38,732 nt of DNA, from positions 1-38,732 of the forward strand of contig JBJTIJ010000336.1 of NCBI GenBank assembly GCA_046094945.1, given 5' to 3'. Source of the stretch: Planctomycetia bacterium (lineage in GTDB: Bacteria; Planctomycetota; PLA2; JAEUHO01). The notes under the pieces are model-generated. The model saw only the letters and a program-made list of their open reading frames with translations, did no database searches and was not told the DNA's origin. Below, in pieces: positions 36,156-38,732 of the stretch (positions are counted from its first letter, which is position 1; every line of letters begins with the position of its first letter). Position numbers and translations under genes: made by a program.

Positions 36156-36283
36156 GGCGTGGGCCTCCGGGGAGCGAGGACGGCCAGCCTAGCCCAGTGG
36201 GCTCACGGGCGCGCGGGGCCGGCCATGGGGATGGGCGGCATCGCCCGCAGCCGCGCACGAGCGGCGCAGGCCCCCGGCGCGAG

Positions 36284-37198
36284 CTAGTCCGGCGTGCGGA
36301 ACGGCTCGAGCGCGCGCAGCAGCAGGGCGCGGGTGGCGGGCGTGGCCTCGGTGAGGGGCAGGCGCAGGGCGCCGTCCTCGAGCAGCCCCAGGGCCAGCAG
36401 GGCGGCCTTGCAGGGGATGGGGTTGGGCTCGACGAAGAGGGCGTGGTGCAGGGGCGCGAGGCGCTCGTGGAGCGCGAGGGCCTGCGGGAAGCGGCCCTCG
36501 AGGGCCAGGCGCACCATGCTGGCCAGCGGGTGGGGGAGCACGTTGCTGCTGACGCTGATGGCCCCGACGGCGCCCAGCGCGATCATGGGCAGGGTGAGGC
36601 CGTCGTCGCCCGAGAGCACCGGCACGCGCGCCGCGAGGCGCAGGTCGGTGACGCGCGCCACGCTGCCCGTCTCCTTGATGGCGAGGATGCCGCCGGCCTC
36701 GGCGCAGCGGCGCACGGTGTCGACCTCGATGGCGACCACGGAGCGGCCGGGGATGTGGTAGAGCACGGCCGGCAGGCCGCCGCGGTCCACGATGGCGCGC
36801 ACGTGGCGGTAGATGCCCTCTTGCGTGGGCTTGCTGTAGTAGGGCGTCACCACGAGGCAGGCGTCGGCGCCGGCCTTGCGCGCCTCCTGCGTGAGGTGCA
36901 CCGAGTGGTGCGTGTCGTAGGTGCCCGTGCCGGCCACGACGGGCACGCGCCCGCGGGCCGCCTCCACCGTGGCCTCGATCACGGTGCGGCGCTCGGCGTC
37001 GGAGAGCGTGGGCGACTCGCCGGTGGTGCCGCAGGGCACGAGGAAGGTGATGCCGGCCTCGACCTGCGCCTGCACCAGCCGCTGCAGCGCGGGCACGTCC
37101 ACCTGCCCGCCGCGGAAGGGCGTGACCAGCGCGGTGCCGCAGCCGCGCAGCACGAGGGCCTTGGACGGCGTGGCGGCCGTGGTGGGCGTGCCGCTCAC
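36284..37198 (-). CDS. dapA: 4-hydroxy-tetrahydrodipicolinate synthase
   Basis: GTG 37198 inside track ORF 36284..38518. GTALVTPF...VPCGTTGESPTLS...VVAGTGTYDT...VVTPYYSKPTQEG...LYHIPGRS...AIKETG are DapA blocks. There is a 4-bp GTGA overlap with the upstream PdxJ-like gene. Confidence 0.9.
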   Translation of the reverse strand: MSGTPTTAATPSKALVLRGCGTALVTPFRGGQVDVPALQRLVQAQVEAGITFLVPCGTTGESPTLSDAERRTVIEATVEAARGRVPVVAGTGTYDTHHSVHLTQEARKAGADACLVVTPYYSKPTQEGIYRHVRAIVDRGGLPAVLYHIPGRSVVAIEVDTVRRCAEAGGILAIKETGSVARVTDLRLAARVPVLSGDDGLTLPMIALGAVGAISVSSNVLPHPLASMVRLALEGRFPQALALHERLAPLHHALFVEPNPIPCKAALLALGLLEDGALRLPLTEATPATRALLLRALEPFRTPD

Positions 37199-37893
37199 GG
37201 CGTGTCGTCCCCGCCGGCGGCCGGCGCGTGCGCGGCGAGGTCGCCGCGCAGGTCGCGCACGGCCTGCGCGAGGCCCGTGAACAGCGCGCGGGCCAGCGCT
37301 TGGAAGCCCACGTGCACCTCCTCGAGGTCGTCGAGGGCCGCGAGGCGGGCCAGCGTGGGGGCGTCGAGGCCCCCGCCGGCCGTCACGCGCAGGCCCACCT
37401 GCCGGGCGGTGCTGGCGGCCTGCCCCAGGGCGCGGAACTCCTGCCAGCGGCGCGCGTCCTGCGACGCGGCGGCCAGCGCCCGCGTGTCGAGGTCGGCCCA
37501 CGCGGCCCCGGCCTCGTTGGCCAGCAGCACGGCCTGCTCGGTGGGGGGCACGCGCAAGGCCACGGAGAGCCCGCCGGCGCCCAGCCGCTCCAGCAGGGGC
37601 GCGAGCGCCGCCGCGCCGGGGCCGGCCTCGCGCGGCACCACGCACACGCGCTCGGGCCGGATGCGCAGCGCGGCCTCGACGGCCGTGGCCTCGGGCGGGA
37701 TGTCCAGCAGCAGGGCACCGTCGAGGCGGCGCCGCAGGTCGGCGGCCTCGGCCTCGTCGCCGAGCGTGAGGCGCACGCCGCTGGCCCCGCCCAGCAGCGC
37801 GGCATGGGCCAGCGCGTGCAGGTCGGGCGTCTTGGCGCCGGGCGCACGGCGCAGGGCGGCGAAGGGGTCGAGGCTCACGACGAGGCGCAGCAT
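37195..37893 (-). CDS. PdxJ-like (pyridoxine 5'-phosphate synthase fold) protein with substituted catalytic residues
   Basis: Track ORF of 232 aa. It is colinear with E. coli PdxJ as I recall it: LVVSLDPFAALRRA vs LGVNIDHIATLRNA, VRLTLGDE vs ITVHLREDRRH, CVVPRE vs CLVPEKR, LRVTAGGGL vs LKVNAGHGL, EVHVGF vs ELNIGH. Confidence 0.6.
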   Translation of the reverse strand: MLRLVVSLDPFAALRRAPGAKTPDLHALAHAALLGGASGVRLTLGDEAEAADLRRRLDGALLLDIPPEATAVEAALRIRPERVCVVPREAGPGAAALAPLLERLGAGGLSVALRVPPTEQAVLLANEAGAAWADLDTRALAAASQDARRWQEFRALGQAASTARQVGLRVTAGGGLDAPTLARLAALDDLEEVHVGFQALARALFTGLAQAVRDLRGDLAAHAPAAGGDDTP

Positions 37894-37973
37894 GGCCCCA
37901 GCCTACCGCCCGCCGGCCCCCGGCGGCTGCGCGTGGCGCGCGGGCCCGGCCCGCCCTCGGGTAGGACAGGTGC

Positions 37974-38525
37974 ATGCGCATCCTCGCCGGTCGCTTCAAG
38001 GGCCGCGCGCTGCCCGTGCCGCCGCAGGCGCGGCCCGCCGGCGCGCGCCTGCGCACCAGCCTCTTCGGCGTGCTGGGCGCCACGCTCGAGGGCGCGCGCG
38101 TGCTGGACGTGTGCGCCGGCGCGGGCGGGCTGGGCCTGGAGGCGCTCTCGCGCGGCGCCGCCCGCGTCACGCTGCTGGAGCGCGATCCCGCCAGCGTGCG
38201 CATGCTCGCGGCGTGGATCGAGCGCGTGGGCGCGCACGCACAGGCCGAGGCCCTGCGCTGCGACGTGCTGGCGCGCGCCTGGCCGCAGGGTCCCTTCGAC
38301 CTCGTGCTGCTGGACCCGCCCTTCGAGTTCTGGGCCGACACGCGCGCGCTGGGCCTGCTGGACCGCGCCGCCGAGGTGCTGGCGCCCGGCGGCCGCGCGG
38401 TGCTCAAGCTGCCCACGCGGCAGGTGCTGCCGCTGGGCCCGCGCTGGCGCCTGCTCGAGCGGCGCGCGGCCGGCGACGCCGCCTTCGCGCTGCTGGAGGC
38501 GCTGCCGGCGCGCGGCACGGCCTAG
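37974..38525 (+). CDS. rsmD: 16S rRNA (guanine966-N2)-methyltransferase RsmD
   Basis: Track ORF of 183 aa. MRILAGRFKGRAL..P......RPT..R.R..LF, VLDVCAGAGGLGLEALSRGA and LLDPPF are RsmD/N6-MTase motifs. Confidence 0.88.
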   Translation: MRILAGRFKGRALPVPPQARPAGARLRTSLFGVLGATLEGARVLDVCAGAGGLGLEALSRGAARVTLLERDPASVRMLAAWIERVGAHAQAEALRCDVLARAWPQGPFDLVLLDPPFEFWADTRALGLLDRAAEVLAPGGRAVLKLPTRQVLPLGPRWRLLERRAAGDAAFALLEALPARGTA

Positions 38526-38612
38526 GCCACGGGCGCCGGGGCCTCGCGCGCGCCTGCGGGCCGCGCTCCCGTGCCCCCGCGCTCCTGCGCGCCCTGCCGC
38601 TGGGCGCAAGAA

Positions 38613-38732
38613 ATGGCCTCCGGCGTGGTGTCGGTCAAGGGCCCGGGCGTGGGGTCCGATCCAACCCAGAAGCCGGCGCCCCAAGCGCCCGGCAGCGGGG
38701 GTCGATCCCCCGTAGACTGCCCCCCAGTGGCC
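38613..38732 (+). CDS. possible 5' end of an unidentified gene running off the window
   Basis: ATG 38613 opens a frame with no stop to the window edge (MASGVVSVKGPGVGSDPTQKPAPQAPGSGG...). The first 15 codons all end in G/C. No similarity recognised and it is not in the ORF track. Confidence 0.2.
   Translation, partial: MASGVVSVKGPGVGSDPTQKPAPQAPGSGGRSPVDCPPVA

Noticed and set aside
38695-38712. tRNA or tmRNA 3' end suggested by the GGGGG-tcgat-CCCCC hairpin, and a GGGGCGCCGGCTTCTGGGTTGGATCGGACCCC segment on the opposite strand (38651-38682).
   Set aside because: The loop lacks the TTCRA T-loop consensus. No matching acceptor stem, D-arm or anticodon arm can be placed at the correct distances, and no CCA-adjacent acceptor pairing is present.

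Overview
Very GC-rich (about three quarters G+C by eye) bacterial chromosomal window, densely coding on both strands. I support 32 complete protein genes plus one possible partial ORF at the right edge. I see no rRNA, tRNA, CRISPR array, transposase, integrase or phage genes. Many long ORFs in the six-frame track are Arg/Ala/Gly/Pro-rich shadow frames typical of high-GC DNA and were discarded. The left end is core housekeeping (lpxC-fabZ fusion, lpxA, rpsB-tsf-pyrH-frr), so the host makes lipid A and is a diderm. The rest mixes housekeeping genes (pxpBCA 5-oxoprolinase, cystathionine beta-synthase, clpB, hsp20, dapA, rsmD, an FeS-type photolyase, PhoX, a CaCA antiporter, Usp) with envelope and accessory genes. 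These include a 1159-aa secreted S8 protease with an Ig-like repeat tail and a TraB/GumN-like protein carrying a 15-bp in-frame tandem repeat. There is also an outer-membrane-factor plus adaptor pair with no pump and an in-frame TGA in the adaptor signal peptide, and a degenerate PdxJ-like gene coupled to dapA. The most unusual locus is an ECF sigma operon facing, across a 523-bp repeat-bearing spacer, a 906-aa secreted protein made of about twelve tandem PASTA-like modules with no kinase or PBP domain. I propose this locus as the best candidate for an undescribed envelope or peptidoglycan-sensing system, but that rests only on domain content and gene order. Two genome-style oddities stand out: TAG is the majority stop codon (19 of my 32 calls), and convergent genes repeatedly share palindromic stop signals (CTAG overlaps and stop-containing hairpins).
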